36,700 bases of DNA, taken from a virus (Duplodnaviria; Caudoviricetes). Position 1 is the stretch's first letter; each line of letters starts with the position of its first letter. The stretch is taken from positions 1-36,700 of the IMG/VR virus record IMGVR_UViG_3300025718_000124. One strand, given 5' to 3'. Below, piece after piece: positions 35,073-36,700 of this stretch. The position numbers and the translations under genes were made by a program. The notes under the pieces were generated by a model. That model did not search any database and was not told the DNA's origin. It saw only the letters and a program-made list of their open reading frames with translations.

Positions 35073-35978
35073 ATGTTTGAGATTAATTCATACTATATAA
35101 ATAGACAAGATAATGCTGATAATAGATTTGATATTGATAGATTAAGAAAAGCAATTGCCCTATTTTATGTTAATCAATCTGATGAGAATGGAATATTAAA
35201 TTTTAAATTAAATGGTGGAGAAATTAATCATAAAGGTAAAAAATGTATAAGTAAATCAAAATTATCTATAATTAACACTAGTTTTCAAGTTCAAACAGGA
35301 ATTGAAAAAGATATATATCCTTTTGATAATTATTTAATGCATGATAGGGGCTGGACAATAGAGCAACTATATACAGTAATAGAATTTATGTATATGTTTT
35401 CAATAATTGGTGTTTCTCAGTCAGAAAGGCAATCATATAATACTATTGAAGATCTGATTGCAGAAATTGAAAAAAGAGGAAGAGCATATTATGTTGAAGC
35501 TATAAATTATTATTTACAAAATTATGATAAGTCAATACAATTATCTATAGATGGATATGTATGTAATGTTGATAGTAACGCTGAAGAGTTAATAAATACA
35601 GTTATAGAGACAAATGCAACTGATAATATAGATAGTCTAATAATTAGAGCTAAAAGTAAATTTACAAAGATAAACAGTACAATAGAGGATAAAAAGGATG
35701 CTATTAAAGATTTAGGGGATGTATTAGAAAGAATAAGAGATGTTATTTATAATGAACTTTTACCAAACGAGAAGATATTATTTAATACAATAATAAATAA
35801 AAGTGAAAATCTTTCCTTTGAATTTCTAAATAATTATAATATAAGACATAATAACCTGAGACAAAAAAATCTTGTTGATAAAGAAATTTTTTACAAGTAT
35901 ATGTTCTATGAGATATTAAATTTGATTATTATGAAAATAGAACTTAAGCAGTTGCAAGATTCAAATTATGAATTTTAG
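35073..35978 (+). CDS. AbiJ-like abortive infection/defence protein
   Basis: C-terminal KKDAI..L.DVLE..R...N.YNIRH, seen in Abi/HEPN-like domains; own TG-A-TATAAT promoter. Confidence 0.55.
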   Translation: MFEINSYYINRQDNADNRFDIDRLRKAIALFYVNQSDENGILNFKLNGGEINHKGKKCISKSKLSIINTSFQVQTGIEKDIYPFDNYLMHDRGWTIEQLYTVIEFMYMFSIIGVSQSERQSYNTIEDLIAEIEKRGRAYYVEAINYYLQNYDKSIQLSIDGYVCNVDSNAEELINTVIETNATDNIDSLIIRAKSKFTKINSTIEDKKDAIKDLGDVLERIRDVIYNELLPNEKILFNTIINKSENLSFEFLNNYNIRHNNLRQKNLVDKEIFYKYMFYEILNLIIMKIELKQLQDSNYEF

Positions 35979-36014
35979 ATAATGTATTCTTTATTTAAAG
36001 AATACATTATCTAA
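35975..36014. repeat. Perfect 19-bp inverted repeat (bidirectional terminator-like)
   Basis: TTAGATAATGTATTCTTTA-TT-TAAAGAATACATTATCTAA. Confidence 0.8.
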
Positions 36015-36107
36015 TTTATTGTTAACTTCTTTATGCATATCTAGTAATACATGAGAATATATATCTAACATTATTACAGTAATAGCATTTTTAACCTTTA
36101 AAAACAT
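35991..36107 (-). pseudogene. C-terminal remnant of a tyrosine integrase
   Basis: ITVIMLDIYSHVLLDMHKEVNNKLDNVF resembles the TLDIYSHV..DMQ.EA..KL catalytic-Tyr C-terminus. Confidence 0.7.
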
Positions 36108-36165
36108 ATGACAATATAGAAAACATTCCCGTTTACTCAATGTAAACAGGATCGTTTTTATTTAT

Positions 36166-36402
36166 TCATATTAATATCTTTTCTAGTTTCATATGATGTT
36201 TTTTTCTTGGAAGCTCTAAATCATTTTCCCACCTATGTATAGTTCTAATTTGTACTCCTAATAGTTCAGATAATTTCTTATATGAAATACCATTTTTTAT
36301 AATAGTATATTTTATCTTACCACCTAAAGTATTCGTGTCTATGATATCTAATGTGTTTTGCTTAATTTCAATACGTTTATTGATTGTATTTTGGTGTAGA
36401 AC
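36166..36402 (-). CDS. Start-less XRE-HTH reading frame; becomes integrase C-terminus after excision
   Basis: 78 sense codons: TLGGKIK....KNGISYKKLSELLGVQIRTIHRWENDLELP. In frame with integrase Thr530 across attP. Confidence 0.8.
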   Translation of the reverse strand, partial: VLHQNTINKRIEIKQNTLDIIDTNTLGGKIKYTIIKNGISYKKLSELLGVQIRTIHRWENDLELPRKKHHMKLEKILI

Positions 36403-36416
36403 GGTGAGTTAAAAGG
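36389..36416. other. attR (phage arm TTTTGGTGTAGAACG; core GGTGA 36403-36407)
   Basis: Core shared with attL; the host ATPase frame resumes at GGT GAG. Confidence 0.9.
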
Positions 36417-36700
36417 AGCCGAAGCTTTAGTGTTCTTTGATGGCATAGCAACAGGACACATGGGCCTTACAACAGTGCATTCAGATAGTGTATATAATAC
36501 GTTAGATAGACTTACAACGTTGATTAAAAGAGATCCTAAGGCACAATCATATAAAGAAGAATTTGTAAATCAAATGCTTTCAAGTAGTATTAATTATATA
36601 ATATTTATGAAGGACTATAAAGTAAATGAAATAGCAGAAGTTTATTATGACAGACACATACAAAAAACAATAATTAAAGCTATATTAACATATACAAAAA
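36403..36700 (+). CDS. cpaF: Host CpaF/TadA ATPase, 3' part (runs off window)
   Basis: GELKGAEA...TGHMGLTTVHSDS....DRL is the Walker B end plus His box. Confidence 0.88.

Larger units (their letters stand above)
547..36407. mobile_element. Complete temperate siphovirus prophage (~35.86 kb) integrated in cpaF
   Basis: GGTGA core at both ends (547-551, 36403-36407). Host gene restored on excision. Integrase, repressor, replication, head, tail and lysis modules all present. Confidence 0.95.

Noticed and set aside
36402-36407. CGG TGA at attR as a sixth recoding site
   Set aside because: No plus-strand gene leads into it; it is the chance junction of the phage arm with the host Gly codon.

Overview
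Low-GC Clostridia-like DNA holding one apparently complete ~35.9-kb temperate siphovirus prophage (547-36407). A large serine recombinase has inserted it into the Walker B codons of a host CpaF/TadA-type pilus ATPase gene, and precise excision restores IIIG|ELKGAEA. All modules are recognisable: integration/immunity, recombination-replication, late activator plus tRNA, packaging/head, tail, M23 endolysin, and a cargo arm (Dam, Panacea TA pair, AbiJ-like). Main discovery: five unrelated phage genes, including the small terminase and tail terminator, are each broken by a +1 frameshift at an in-frame CGG codon. Skipping the C restores a conserved Gly (C-GGN). By manual scan CGG never occurs in frame in any intact gene, which suggests a non-standard decoding rule in which CGGN is read as one Gly. 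Second: attP lies inside the integrase ORF, so excision swaps a 9-aa tail for a 78-aa XRE-HTH domain (539 to 608 aa). Relics of an older tyrosine-integrase/tRNA-Leu integration system, a malformed tRNA-like gene and a canonical -1 tail-chaperone frameshift are also present. All family assignments come from motif recognition by eye; no database searches were run.
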